Assembly (NCBI RefSeq): GCF_027921745.1
Contig: NC_079238.1
Span: 2,728,001-2,792,000 of the forward strand
Direction of reading: 5' to 3'
Source: Schizosaccharomyces osmophilus
Taxonomy: Eukaryota
DNA: 64,000 nt
The translations under genes were made by a program, and so were the position numbers. Numbering within the stretch: the stretch's first letter is position 1; the number at the start of each line of letters is the position of its first letter. This document shows, piece by piece, positions 44,996 through 57,909 of the stretch. The notes below the pieces were generated by a model, which was not told where the DNA came from, made no database searches, and worked only from the letters and a program-made list of their open reading frames with translations.

Positions 44996-47900
44996 CTATT
45001 CCTGTCGAGTTTGCATAACAAAATTCTCAATGCATTTCCTTTGTGCAGTGGTAAGTTGTTGTAGAATATCTTTTGTCTTTTCTGGCTCTTTTGAAAATAT
45101 GCTAAGCAACAAATTTCCAATTTTCGTATGGACATCAGGATTCTCAATCATTACTCCAAAATGTCCGATTATAGGGAGAGCTAGGTTAAGATAAGCAGTT
45201 TCTAATCGTCAGCAACCTGATAATTTACCAAATTTCACAACGTACTTTTCGTCTTATCGATGTATTGATACATACTCATTAAGGCCGGTACAAAACTTTC
45301 AAGGTACCCGCCGCTGTGAGCTATTTCACCTTTTTGAAGCATTGCAACAGAATCGAAAATAATTTTGCGACACAATGCTTTCATCGTGTCATGTTTGCTG
45401 TTTGCCAACAATAAAGATGAAGTGCATTTTGCAGCCGTTTGGAAACCCTGCGAGAAGTTAACAATAAGATTCTAATTAAATAGGTTTACCTCCGTCGATT
45501 TCAAGAGACCGAAAAGAGTTGTTATAAAGTTTTGGATTATAAGCTGCTCTCCATCTAGAAGAGGTGCTGCTATCGTAAGGACGAGAACCATACTCAGAAG
45601 TATGATTTCTTTTTTGTCTTTACTTTGTAATTGTCTGTCGTAGGGTTAGATATTGTTATGTTCTATAATACATACTCTTTGTCTTCAAGCATAGAATAGA
45701 GATGCTCAAATAAAGTATAACACAAGGTAGAACATATAGAATTATCTTGCGTAACCATTGTACTCAACAATTTTCGAAGAACAGCTAAAAGTTCATGTTT
45801 CGAGTATTTAAGGAGGGAAGGATCATCAAGAATGACTGGTTATTATTAGTTATAAGCAAATGAGTTTTTTTAATTTTTTTAAAAAAAAAAATTACCTTCA
45901 TAAACATGTAAAGCAGTCGCAAATAGATCCACCCTAACAATGGTGGGAAAAATATTGGCAAGTTCCAGAAAGGAGTCAAAGCATAGTATAATAAAGTGGC
46001 TCGACTTCTCATTCCCAGCGGAATATACAGAATTTGATCGTAGTCCTGGTAACCTGACGGTTAAAGCCAAAATTAATATTTTGACCAAGTCAAATAACTG
46101 CTCAACTCCTTCCGATACAGAAGGCTCTAGAGAAGTAACAGAATCACTTTCGCACTCTTTCAATTTGGAATGTTCAGGATTCGTCAACGCTAATTTTTTG
46201 ACAAAAAGAACGATACTTATCTTTGTTTCCCAATCTTCTGTAAGTATGAGTCTAATCAGAAGATCAATAACCTCTGGGAAAACATTGGTATCATAAAGTA
46301 CTTTTGTACATAGATCTTCAGTCAATATTGCAGTCATGATTTTCATAATTCGTAAAACAGGTTTATCAAAAGTTTGTAAGGTGCTAGGAATAAGTAACGA
46401 CTGAAAGCAAATACTAAAAACAAAAAAATTAAACGAGTGCTTATCATTCGTATAATTTATACTGTCATGGAAAAATATATCCTCTCCTGATAATGTCAAT
46501 TCCTCTCCGTTTAAAATCCCATAGACAAGATCAGAATTTTCGTTCAAAAGCAAAGTCAACGCTTCAGCAATGTTCAACCATGTTGTCTCATATATCTAAA
46601 ATATTAGTTACGAAACAAAAACTTACTTACATCTAGAAGGATTTTAGGGTTTATATTCTGAGTGTGAGAAAAAGAAGTATCAGCAACAAAGTCTTTGAGT
46701 AAGCTAGGTCCAAACCGAAGGCGTGAATAACCTCTCAAAGATACCACCCAATGCGCAGCAAAGCGTCTTAAATAAGGAGAAGCTATTTCTTTCAGGTAGT
46801 CAATTTTACGGGAATAACCATACAAAATCGCCCAGGCTGATAGTGTGGTTACCCGTAGTACGTAAATCGAATCGTTCTGAAATTGCTTATTGTTCTCATT
46901 ATGATTTTCAGAAAAGGTAGCATCAAGTGCATGTTTTAACATATTTACTACACGATTCGCTTGGCTAGCATTTGGAAGAAGACCTGTTCCGATGAAATTG
47001 GCGCCAATATTCAATGCTAGAGAGACAATTTTTGGTGAGGACTCTTCAGTTATTGACGAAGTAAAAGCAGAGCTAATCTGCGCCTGAAATTGATCTAATA
47101 AGGGGATATCTTCGAAATCCGGGTCCTTAACGGTTTGGAAATTCTGTTATCAGTTAGCTATGCCATAAGTACTTACTTACCACTATCAAAGTATCTAAAA
47201 GTTTAAGTCCGCTTTCTTTTAGGTAGAAATTATCGGAAGTAGATAGGATGAAAGCCAAACGTATCAAATCTGAAATCCTCGAAATTAAGTATCGAGAAGC
47301 ATCCGAGCTGGTAGACATTACGTCGGATATGCATGTATTTAGAATTGAGGATGCAAACAGCTGGGTTTGCCAGCGATAGTTTTTATTGCCAGCTGTAGTA
47401 ACAAGGGAATTAGCAAGCGAAACAGTGTCCTCATCCAAGCTGTAATATGTTTCATTCTCAAAAGACCTTTCGAAATTAAAATTTCCTTTTATACCATTTA
47501 AATACAAAAGGATATTTACCCACCAGGAAATATCGCTTTCTTTGAAATCCTTTAACCATATATGCACTATATTTTTCAAGAACTTGTTTTCGGGTGTGGC
47601 ATCTATAGATTGCCAAATAAGCTTGTCCAGATGCCTTTTATAGCAAGTTTCTGAAAAAGATTGGTTCTGAAGTAGAATTTGATATAAAACCTCAATAGCT
47701 GATTCGCGAATCACGGGATGCTTAACATCAATTATATTTTTCAATAAATTATCAATAAAAATTCCAGAGTTCAAATCAAGCGGTGTGAACAGATACAAAT
47801 GCTGGTAACACTTGTATACTCGAGTGATGTTATCATTATCGTCCCCAGCAAAACGCAACAACTCACGGGAAATGTTGTATGCAAGGTAAGAGTCGGAAGA

Positions 47901-50900
47901 GTTACTTCTCAATGTGGGGCCCAACTCATTAATCAAGCAATCAAGATATTCAATGAATAAATGTGTGGGATACACCAAATCGGTTTTTCTTTTCAAAAGT
48001 AACATTTCTATATCGACATCTGCTGAAATCATATAACCAAGGAGTATTCCCATTTGACCAGTTAAAACGCTTGGTATGGTTTTCGCAATTGTACCCAATG
48101 ACACGAAAGAAGCTTCTATGGAGCAATTCCTAACGATATCATTGGAATCAGCATTGAAAATTTTGAGCAGTTGATATACTTTTACCAAAAATGCTTGAGA
48201 GATCCCGGAACCCAATTTAGCCAACGTGTGCCCGACACCCATTATTGATGTTGCCCTACAATTTGGATTTCCAGATTCAGCAGCGCGTTGTATGAGAACA
48301 TCAAGAACAAATGTCGGTTTTTTTTGACAAAGCAAAGCCAAAAATGAATAAGATTCTGCAAATAACCGGATTATCGTAATATCATCAGAATTGGAATTCA
48401 TATCCAATAATTCAATGACAAGCGAAACAACCTTACTCGATAAAGAAAGCTTCTTTTCACAGAAAACCTTCAAAGCCCCGTGGATTGAAAACAGAACATT
48501 AGTAGATATGGCTTTTTCCTTGGATAAATCCCTTATGTTGCTTGTGTTGGAGACGGAGGAGATTAAAATTTCTAACGTACTTTCCATAACCTTTGGCGGT
48601 TGATAACAAAATATTAGAGAAAATAGTATGACTGCACTATCTACCACTGCAGTTGCAATAGGACGAACAAACGGGAAAGAAAAATTGGCTGAGTTAGAAA
48701 ACAGGAAAAGCATATCAGTCGTCGCATCCCCTATTAAGTAAGGTGTTGGTCCTTCAGTAATATGGTTACCGTCATCGCTTTTTCCGGAGTAGTATGAAGA
48801 AAATAAACCCGGGATTATTTTCGAAGAATAACTGCGTTGATGAGTATCATCATCTAGATATTGGAGGTATGAGAGTTCTGCTACTATCGAGACACATGTT
48901 GACAGCAACTCTTGATCGTCTAAGGTCACGCCATTAATGTTCATAAGTTCTAGGGAACATTGGAATATTTTCGATAAAAGCAGTGTACGTAACTCACTAT
49001 GAGAATAGTCGGAATAATGAATAACTGTTTGAAGTTCCAACTTTTTGGTAAGATAAAAAGATTTATAGAACTTCAAGCAATTCGTAAGGAATAAAATTAT
49101 ACGCTTTCGTACATCAGGTGTCAAGAGAACCCTATTATACTTCAAAAATGCTAAAAGACACTGAAGAGCCTCGAAGCGAGTAAATAAGTCAGCATTAGAT
49201 TCCATAAAGTTTTGAGAGTGAATATTAGAAGACACGCGCGGAAGGGCATTCTTCCACAAAACGAACAACTGTGAAAGTTGCATTCTAGTAAAAGAAGGAC
49301 CAAACGAAACATAGGATGTCATTAAACGCCATCCAACTTTTAACTGAGCTTGAGCTGTAAACAAGTCCAAACTCGTGGAAGACCGTATAAGCTCGAGAGA
49401 AAAGTTGAACAATTTTGAAAAAATGAAAGATGAAACATACAATGGATTTTTTTCGGCGGCGACATAACATGAAACTAAAGCCAGAGTTATATTATCCAAA
49501 ATTCCGCTGTTTGGTTTGATCTTGGACTCTTTCGTTCTCGAACGCATCGACTTTAGTTCGTTTTCTAGCTTTCCATAAAGTGATAATAGTGTTGGCATTA
49601 TGGGGTCTGGCATCACTATAAGTAAACATCGCAAACACCAAGCAGCATTATTTTTCAACCTGTCATTTCCCAAGCTAACAATATCAAAAAGTACCCTGAG
49701 GAAGTTACTATGATGAGGAGTAACAGAACCCTTCAAATTTGCCAGAATACCAGCAATAGAGGAAAACGTAGCCTGAACTAGTGTAATTGGTATTTTTGTT
49801 TGATCTTCTACGAATGGCTCTAAAATTTTAGACAAAAGCAATTCCAAAGCCTGGATTTCGGAACTTTGATCCAGAAACCGCGAATTAATCACGTCGCGCA
49901 GAAGGAATGTAAAATGTTGTTCTTCCAAAGCAGAAAGCCATTCGTTCAAGGAAGAATTAAGCGTGGAGTTGAGCAGAACATCTAAGATGAGAGAATAATT
50001 CGTCCTTACTTTTGATGAATCCTGTAAAAGGAAAAAGTGTTTAATAGCAAGAGCTATTACGCCTCTGGAAGCCTCAGATTTCGCGTATTTGTGGTTGTAA
50101 AGTTCAAGGAGCATTCGCAAAACCTTGCTGAACTCATCAGATTCATCAATTCGCTGTAGTGTTGAAGTATTACCAGAATCCTCATTTTTTTCTTCATCAG
50201 CAACGGAAGGAGAAGAAGCAGCTTTTAAAGCTTCAATCTGGCGGTGCGCTTGCAACATGGTGCTAGCCGTGAAGCATTTGGCCAACACACTTTGCAAAGC
50301 CGAGTTTTCCGTCACGCATTTCTTAAATAAATAAGATTTTAGCCATTCCAAATCCGAATTTCGCAAAGAAGAATGAAGAAGCAAATTGTAAGCACCAATT
50401 AAAGCTGAAAGAATAACGTTCAACGAAGAACTTCCCAGATTGGATTTTACAGACTTCCAAACCTCTTTCAACAAGTCTTCGCCAAAGTTATTCCCAGCGT
50501 GTTGAATGCTTTCCGAAAGACCTCGAAGAGCACAAACACGAAGGCCATGAGGATAATTATTCTTGGAGTATTTAAGAAAAACCTTCACGAAAGTCTCTTG
50601 CTGATTTATCTAAATACATTTCATTAGAAAAGCGTATAAATATACATACATACGGTTTGACCATAAGCGTGTAAGCAATTTCCTAGAACCGATAAGTTAT
50701 TTCTAACAAATTAGCAAACAATTACAGAGAGTGCTGTTTCCATACAAAATCTCAATGTTATCCTTCTTTTCGATTATATTGTCAACAAATCCAACCAATA
50801 CACGATTAATTTGATATCCTTCAACTGAAAGAGTTAATACAGCAAGCTTGTAAAAGTCGTTTCATACATCCTTCTAGTAGTGCAATTACACAACCTGATA

Positions 50901-51114
50901 ATAAATTTCTTGTAGGATATCCTATATAGCTTCCATACTGTCTAATTAAAGTATGTATTGGGTCTACGAAGCTTTGAACAGAGCTCTCTCGAAATGTCTT
51001 GCTTAATCGTCGGAGTTCCTGCTCATAATCGAGTAGTTTTGTATAAATTACTTCCCTTTTATTTAATCCTGCAACTCTTTCAAGATTTTCTAACGACAGT
51101 GGTGCCGTCGACAT
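44996..51114 (-). CDS. sip1: HEATR5/Laa1-like AP-1 accessory protein, multi-exon
   Basis: Large HEAT-repeat ORFs ([33 protein letters not shown]) linked by short GT-AG introns; not every exon boundary verified. Confidence 0.85.
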
Positions 51115-51564
51115 ATGGTTTATTTGTCTTGAAGTATTGGGATTGGTAAATGAGGAAATGCTTCCGATGCCAGCTAAGCCTAGCAACGTAAATATTTCAT
51201 AGGAACTTAAATTATAATTTCAGTGGATAAGAGTAATTAACTTAATCATATAATAGAGATTTTTTTGAGGGTAACCTCATACCTCTGGAACAGACATTAT
51301 ACTAGGATATTTTATACTGAGTAATTTAATCCATGAATGGAAGGCAGAATTACAGGAATTTTATAGATTAATATTATTAGTTGGAAATATATAAGCAACC
51401 AGTATTCCTGTATATAGTAAGGAATATAAATTCAATCAGAAGAAGAGCACCTTTTATTTGTTTTTTTTTTCTTTTTTTTGAGCTCACAAAATTCATTTGA
51501 ACATGTGACTTATGCTTAGATCATTCAGCTCACAGTTAATCAGCAATATATATCGGTATGTACG

Positions 51565-52569
51565 CTAAAGATGAGAGATAGTGCTGTCTGGATAATCATC
51601 TCTCTTTCTATCTTGTCCATATTCATTCAGTTCTTCAACATTGTATGCCCGTTCTTTCTTTTTGCTGCGGAATCGAAGACCTAACGGTATAACTAATACC
51701 AAGAAACCAGTAAACGACATTACAACAACTAAAATATCGATGTTAGATAATTTCTTCTCTGGAAGGTAAATCACATACCAGCAGCTTTCCTAATTTGCTC
51801 CCATTTCTGTTTCTCATTTTCGGCTCGAAGTTTTCCTAAGGAAACAGATAGCAAGTTATGTAACTCTACAATTTTCGCACTAAGCTGTTGAACATCATTG
51901 CGAGTATCGTTTTTCCTATTTTCAAATTCCATTTTACTTTCGGTGCCTAACTTGTTAAGATGTTCATGAACAAGTTGTTCTAAACCTTCAACCTCACGCT
52001 GGTTTGAAAATAGGCCAGCACGAAGTGTGCTAATTTGATCTTTTCTCATATTTATTTTTTCAGAACGAAGCTCTGACAGGGCTGTTCGAAATAAATAGGA
52101 AAACTAAAGAACGTTAGTTGAAGGAACTAATATGAAATATTTAATTAAAGTAAATTATTATAAGCAATTTCGTTTTCAATTTACTCACATTCTCAAAATC
52201 GGCTTCTGATAAATAGGTCATATGGCTGTGTCGTAAGAGTTCAGTTATAAACATATTCGTAACGTCCAGAAAAGCTTCTGCTTCTTTTTCGTTATAACCA
52301 CCTTCGACCAATGTTTTAAAAAAGCTATAGGTATCGAAATGGGAACCTTCAAGGTCTCGAAATCGTTGATCCATATCACTCGATTTCACCAAAGAAAGGT
52401 CGGGTTTGGATATGGTATTTTCCGAATCGGTAGCATAGAAACGATTCAATCTGTGCTTAAATAAAGGCCTTGCTGTACATTTTCTAGGGTGTAGACTCGA
52501 TAGTAGTGTAATTCTAGATAGTCGGATAGGTTTTATTAGAGAGCGGTTTACTAGAGAAAAAGACAGCAT
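51565..52569 (-). CDS. Mitochondrial DUF1640 (Fmp32/Put7/MCUR1-like) coiled-coil protein, 3 exons
   Basis: Presequence, HFDTYSFFKTL..GGY..EAE, YLFRTALSELRSE, EKQKWEQIRK and C-terminal TM helix. Confidence 0.82.
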
Positions 52570-52841
52570 TTAATATTATAAACAGTTTCCTTTTATTTAA
52601 TGAATCGTATACAATAGCTTCACAATCTGCATTTGGCAATCCGTGTATTTAACGTTGTAACTTGGATGGTCATCTGAAGTCAGTCGAAGAATGCTTGGTG
52701 AAGGACACTTAATTCTTTTTTTTAGTCATGCTTAGGTCTCTTTATTTTAAATATAATTTGATGAATTCATTTATTTTTGAATCTGATATTACTCGTGACA
52801 ATGACCATATCGCTAATAGAGCGCTGTAGGCGCACTGTGCT

Positions 52842-55619
52842 TCAGGAAAAGGAAAACAGCGAGTTCCAAAGACACATTATTATAATAATTAATTGTTGGG
52901 TAAACAAGAGAATGCTGTTCAGCATGAACCTTGGAGCAAAAATTTTCCATACCATCAAATGTCTTCGGAAGAAACCAGCAAAGAACACCGTGCTAGCTGC
53001 AATTGAGAGATAATATAGTAGAAAAGAAGAGCAAAGTAGAAGAAAATATCTAAAAAACACTTTTTTCGTAGTATAAGGCTTAGCTGCAAACAAGGGAAGA
53101 GATAAACAAGTAATAATAGGACCACCCAAAGTGTGCAAAAACATTAGTATACCATTGATAATTTGATTTTCTGCGGACGTGGAATGAATAAATGCAAAAT
53201 TCCAATCAAGGGAAGAAATAACCGCTTGATTACCGGTTGTGAAAAAATGCGACAACCCAAGAATGCTTAATAGAATAGACATAAATGTTACTCCGGGCGA
53301 TGACTGAGAATTTTCAATTCGCAATAATATAAATATCTGCACTAGACAAGAAATTAAGGACAACTTACCCAGTGGGCGTTGAAGAAACAATAGTAAGGAT
53401 GAAAATAATGCGAAAATAAAGTAATATTCCACGACTGCGATCAGAACTTCTCCATTACCTGATTTTTGATCACGATTTATATGTACAGAAAACAAAGATA
53501 TTTGCCAAAGTAGACAAGTAAGTATGCCAATAAGAAATATATTCGCAATATAGACAAGCATTCGACCGTACTTGAATTCAAGGGAGGAATTATTAGCCAA
53601 AATATGTTGTACAATCCAAAAAACAGATGAAAGAAATTCAAATATATGCAATATTACTTGCTTCCTTTTCGATAGTGTAACCTTCAAAACTGATTCTAGA
53701 TAGTTCTTAAATATATAAGGAAGTAAGATAGAAGTAAGGGTTGAAACTGACAAGGTAATTAAGCTTCGTAAGGTATTTTCAGGTGTAGAAACATAAGTAC
53801 TGGTGCAAAAAAATCCTTGCTCCTCGCGACAGTTCGTAATGTAAGATGTCAAGAACTGCAGGATAATGAAGAGGATAGACCAGAAAGATGAATCCAGAGT
53901 CAACCTAAGATCTCTGTTTGTAAAGCTTTTACAAATCATTAAAAAGCCAAATGTTATGCAAAAGTAGTGAGTCAATTGATCCTCCCATATCGTGAAAGAA
54001 TTAGAGCCAAAACTGCAAACATGGAGTATGGCTAATCCCAATGCTAAAAGACTATGGAGACTAGGAATAGTAAAAATAAATTCAAAAGATACTTTCCTAT
54101 ACAGCTCAAGTAGAATGGTTATATTTGGAACTAACGTGAATAATGACATCAAATAATGAGTAGGTATTAAGGTTCCAAGAAATAAGAATGGTACAGAAAA
54201 TAGAAAGATTTTTTTCAAAGTAATAGCTAGTAAATCCGAAGCGTTATTGGTAGCGTTTGTATCGTTCATTAGCAAAGCAAGAGATAGACCGCCTACAACC
54301 AATGTTACGAACCCCGTAAGCATCGGTAGTAGGCTGAATTCTGCCCAAATGCTTTTAAAATATCCAAATATATGCTGTGAGCTTGTATATCTCTTTATAA
54401 ACAAATCCAAATATTCATTATCGGTATGCACAATAGGTTTAGCAACAGAACCATATTCGTTTTCAGCTTCATTTTCATAACTTTGAATGAACCTATTAAT
54501 CTGAGCCATGTTTAGCTCCATACAATCGTGCAAAAATTTAGCTCCGTGAAAGTAAAATGGTTCTGGTATTAAAGTTCCTAAACTGCCATATGGAATAGCA
54601 TTTCCAAGTATCAAACTCAAAGTTGGAACCAAATCAACTTGTTTCGAAAAACGCCCTTCTCCGAATGGCTTAAATGGTTTAAAAGCTGGCCTCTTACTGT
54701 ACATCCACAATGCCGAATTTAATTCATCGAAAGAGTCACCGCCATGATTACCTTTACTGTCCATACCATGATCACCCATAACTAAAAGAAGAGTATCGTC
54801 GTCAATCAAATCCATCATCTTCTTAATACACTCATCCATCTCTTTCAACTTTTCTGTCATGGTAGGATGGTTCGGTCCTAGCCGATGCCCAACATGGTCA
54901 ACTCCTAAGTAATGGGCGATAAGAATATCCCATGGCGCGTTTTCTATATAGTCAAATAGATATCTGTTCACTTTCCGGTCTACGCCATGAAGGTCAGGAA
55001 CATTAAAGGAAAAAGCAGGTCTAGAATATGTTTGATTCAAGAACTCATGGTACAAAGCATCCCAAGTATCATCTCCTAGCAAAACAATGTCTTTACCTAA
55101 TGATTTCCATTGATATAAAAGATTATCTTCATCAACATTTGTGCCTGCAAAGTTTGAACCGATGTCAATGAAAGTTGGAAGGGAACCGGTGGTTAAACCT
55201 TTTAGACGCTGAGAAGTAGTTGTAGGTGCGTCAGCTAAAAATTGAAGTAAGACGGAATGCTCAGGATGTGAAACGGATGTTTCATACGGAGTATTTAGGG
55301 CATTATGATAATAAAAAGAGTCGTTAGAAGGTATCAAAAAATCATATCTTAAAGCGTCTATAACAACTATAACGGCTTTAGAGAACAATTTTGGAGCCCA
55401 GCACTCAGAGGTTTCATTCCACTGTGATATATTTAGTGGTGGATTAGAACAAGACGATGTCGAGTTTAAGACTTCTCTTCTTAATAGAAAGCCATCAGTA
55501 AACGACTTAAGTCCATATAAATTTGATAGCAGAATTAGCGCGAAAAAAATACTTGCTTTCAAAGCATTCCATGTATTCGACAAACTACTGTTTTTAGTTA
55601 CCTTAACCTTTCCTTGCAT
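52842..55619 (-). CDS. gpi13: GPI ethanolamine-phosphate transferase 3 (PIG-O)
   Basis: VIDALRYDF, ADAPTTTSQRLKGLTTGSLPTF, HYLGVDHVGH, GDHGM and RRHLMVWKIFAPRF motifs. Confidence 0.95.
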   Translation of the reverse strand: MQGKVKVTKNSSLSNTWNALKASIFFALILLSNLYGLKSFTDGFLLRREVLNSTSSCSNPPLNISQWNETSECWAPKLFSKAVIVVIDALRYDFLIPSNDSFYYHNALNTPYETSVSHPEHSVLLQFLADAPTTTSQRLKGLTTGSLPTFIDIGSNFAGTNVDEDNLLYQWKSLGKDIVLLGDDTWDALYHEFLNQTYSRPAFSFNVPDLHGVDRKVNRYLFDYIENAPWDILIAHYLGVDHVGHRLGPNHPTMTEKLKEMDECIKKMMDLIDDDTLLLVMGDHGMDSKGNHGGDSFDELNSALWMYSKRPAFKPFKPFGEGRFSKQVDLVPTLSLILGNAIPYGSLGTLIPEPFYFHGAKFLHDCMELNMAQINRFIQSYENEAENEYGSVAKPIVHTDNEYLDLFIKRYTSSQHIFGYFKSIWAEFSLLPMLTGFVTLVVGGLSLALLMNDTNATNNASDLLAITLKKIFLFSVPFLFLGTLIPTHYLMSLFTLVPNITILLELYRKVSFEFIFTIPSLHSLLALGLAILHVCSFGSNSFTIWEDQLTHYFCITFGFLMICKSFTNRDLRLTLDSSFWSILFIILQFLTSYITNCREEQGFFCTSTYVSTPENTLRSLITLSVSTLTSILLPYIFKNYLESVLKVTLSKRKQVILHIFEFLSSVFWIVQHILANNSSLEFKYGRMLVYIANIFLIGILTCLLWQISLFSVHINRDQKSGNGEVLIAVVEYYFIFALFSSLLLFLQRPLGKLSLISCLVQIFILLRIENSQSSPGVTFMSILLSILGLSHFFTTGNQAVISSLDWNFAFIHSTSAENQIINGILMFLHTLGGPIITCLSLPLFAAKPYTTKKVFFRYFLLLCSSFLLYYLSIAASTVFFAGFFRRHLMVWKIFAPRFMLNSILLFTQQLIIIIMCLWNSLFSFS

Positions 55620-55952
55620 AAACAAATGACTAAGAATATAAACCTTTATATTATATTATTCCCCAAAAACGATTGTGTTCTTATAAAAGGTGGTGAACGG
55701 TACAAACGTATAAATCAATTTACTACTTTTATCGACGATTTATTGTAAAGTACTGGAGGGTAATTGTTAATTATTTGCATGAATTCTAAAGAAACTATCT
55801 TAAGCTAATGGAAAGTAAAAACAAAGTTCCAACTTCAAATAAAGATAATATTCATGGCTTTCTTTCCCATATTAGCTAAAATCGATATATAAAATTAAAT
55901 CATAAATAAAATCGAAAAATCGATCTAAAAGTTTTTACAAATCTCATTATGT

Positions 55953-57724
55953 TCAGATTAAAATGTTTCCAACATGGCTAGTAGCATATGAATCCTCCGA
56001 TAACTGTATTTCGACAGTCAAAACTTGTCCATTAACCAAAACTAGCTATGAAAGGTTAGTAAGTCCATGTTACATATCCACCTTACCAAAATTTTAAATC
56101 GTTGGAATTCATCTTCATTACCCGGATACCAAGGTGCGACGCTCATACCCAATACTAAAGTATCAACATATCTGTTTAAAGTTATGAATTGTGGAATGAA
56201 GGAATAAGCATATACAACTTGACCGCTGATTACTTTTTCCGTTGTGATTAACCTCAGTATTGATAGTTGACCACTTTGAGTTGCACAAACGAGACTCTGC
56301 ACTTGAGGTACATATTCCATCATATTAATTCTGTGAAGTCCCTCAAACCGTATAGCAGATGGATCTTCGAAGCAATTCCGACAGCTCACAAAAGGATAGA
56401 TTTGAGAATGATGATATCCACATAAGACAACGGAATACTTGGTCGCAAAAACAAAGAGTTCCTCTGGGGGTTCTCGTACAAACGTACGAAAACAGGATTT
56501 TAGATTATCCTACGTATCTCATGTTAATGGAAATGTAAGCAGCGAAATATTCACTTACCGGAGATTCATTGTGCATATGCACATAATACTCACCTTCAAA
56601 CACGGCATCGTCATCATAATCATCTTCATCGGAAATAAATGATTCTAAACTTAAGGAAACCGATGGATTCCAAGGAGTCTGTCCAAATGTTCTGGCAGGT
56701 ATTAAAGTCTCAATTTTATCCTTCACAGTTGGTACGAAAGTAAAGGCGAATTTATCAACAAATTTAACAGACCATATCCTAATAGTCATTAATAGGACGA
56801 ATGTTCAGATTTACATACCACACTTTAGTATGGAATTTGGACAAACAAGACAGCTTATTAATATCCCATAACTGTAATGACCGATCAATTGATCCACTTA
56901 AGAGCAAATTCCCCTTCGAGTTGAATGATACGCAAGGAACTAAAACCGTGTTAAACATAACCAGTTGGGAGCATAACTTACTATTGTGTTGGTGTTCTAT
57001 CAGTTTTAAGGACTCCTGTCGAAACCAAGGCGAACGGTAATCACGTTTGCATTGTTTGTAATCTGTAGATAAATTGAAACTGGACAGTTAGTCGGTATTG
57101 TGAGAATGTTGCTTCTGAGGAAAAGTCTTACATATTGATAACATGAGCGTTAGAGGAGATGGCTAAATACCTTTCCGACGAAAGAGCAATTCCCCAAGCA
57201 GAAGCACCAACCGAAAAAGTCATAGGATCTCTTTGAAGGTTTTTTACATCATACATTGCGACTTTCCCACAATCTGTCGCAGTGATCAAATATTCCAAAT
57301 CACCTAGAAGGTCGCATCGGATATGATTGATTCCATTGGGCATTCCCGGGAGGAGATCGCCATGCTGTATTGGTGAAGACTTATGAGCACAAGGAAGCAC
57401 AATTAGAGGTTCAGGCTCATTTGAATCTCGAGAAAAAGGTAGCAGATTATAAACGAAAACATCCTCTGGAATAATTATTAGTTACTATTTTGTTCAAACC
57501 GTATTTCCCTTGCTTTTGTACCTCCGACAGCCACAAACATGTAGTCAATCAACCTGCTACATGCAACTAAGGAATGTCTGAAAAGTTGAAATGGCTTTTC
57601 TTCTAGTTTAAATAATTTACAGACAGAGAACTGGAGCACCATTAGTAAGCATTTAATAGTAGTTTGCACATTTTCATACATCTAGGCGATTCAGAAACTC
57701 ATTGACTAAAATTTCTTTATCCAT
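55953..57724 (-). CDS. crt10: Crt10-like WD-repeat protein, multi-exon
   Basis: Short ORFs joined by GT-AG introns (INHIRC, SAWGIA..LAISSNAHVI, RINMMEYVP..LVCATQSG); name from recalled synteny. Confidence 0.7.
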
Positions 57725-57909
57725 TCTTATTTGGAAGCCTTTCTTTAAGTATATCTTCAATTCATAAGGAAACACGACTAATCAAGTGGAAAAGTAGAGG
57801 TGGTTTATGCACCAGTGAAACTTACACACACATTACTATTATCCCAAAAGTTTCACATAAGGTTTTTTCTTACATCTTTGGAAGTAGTTATCTTCTTCAG
57901 ATTACTGAA

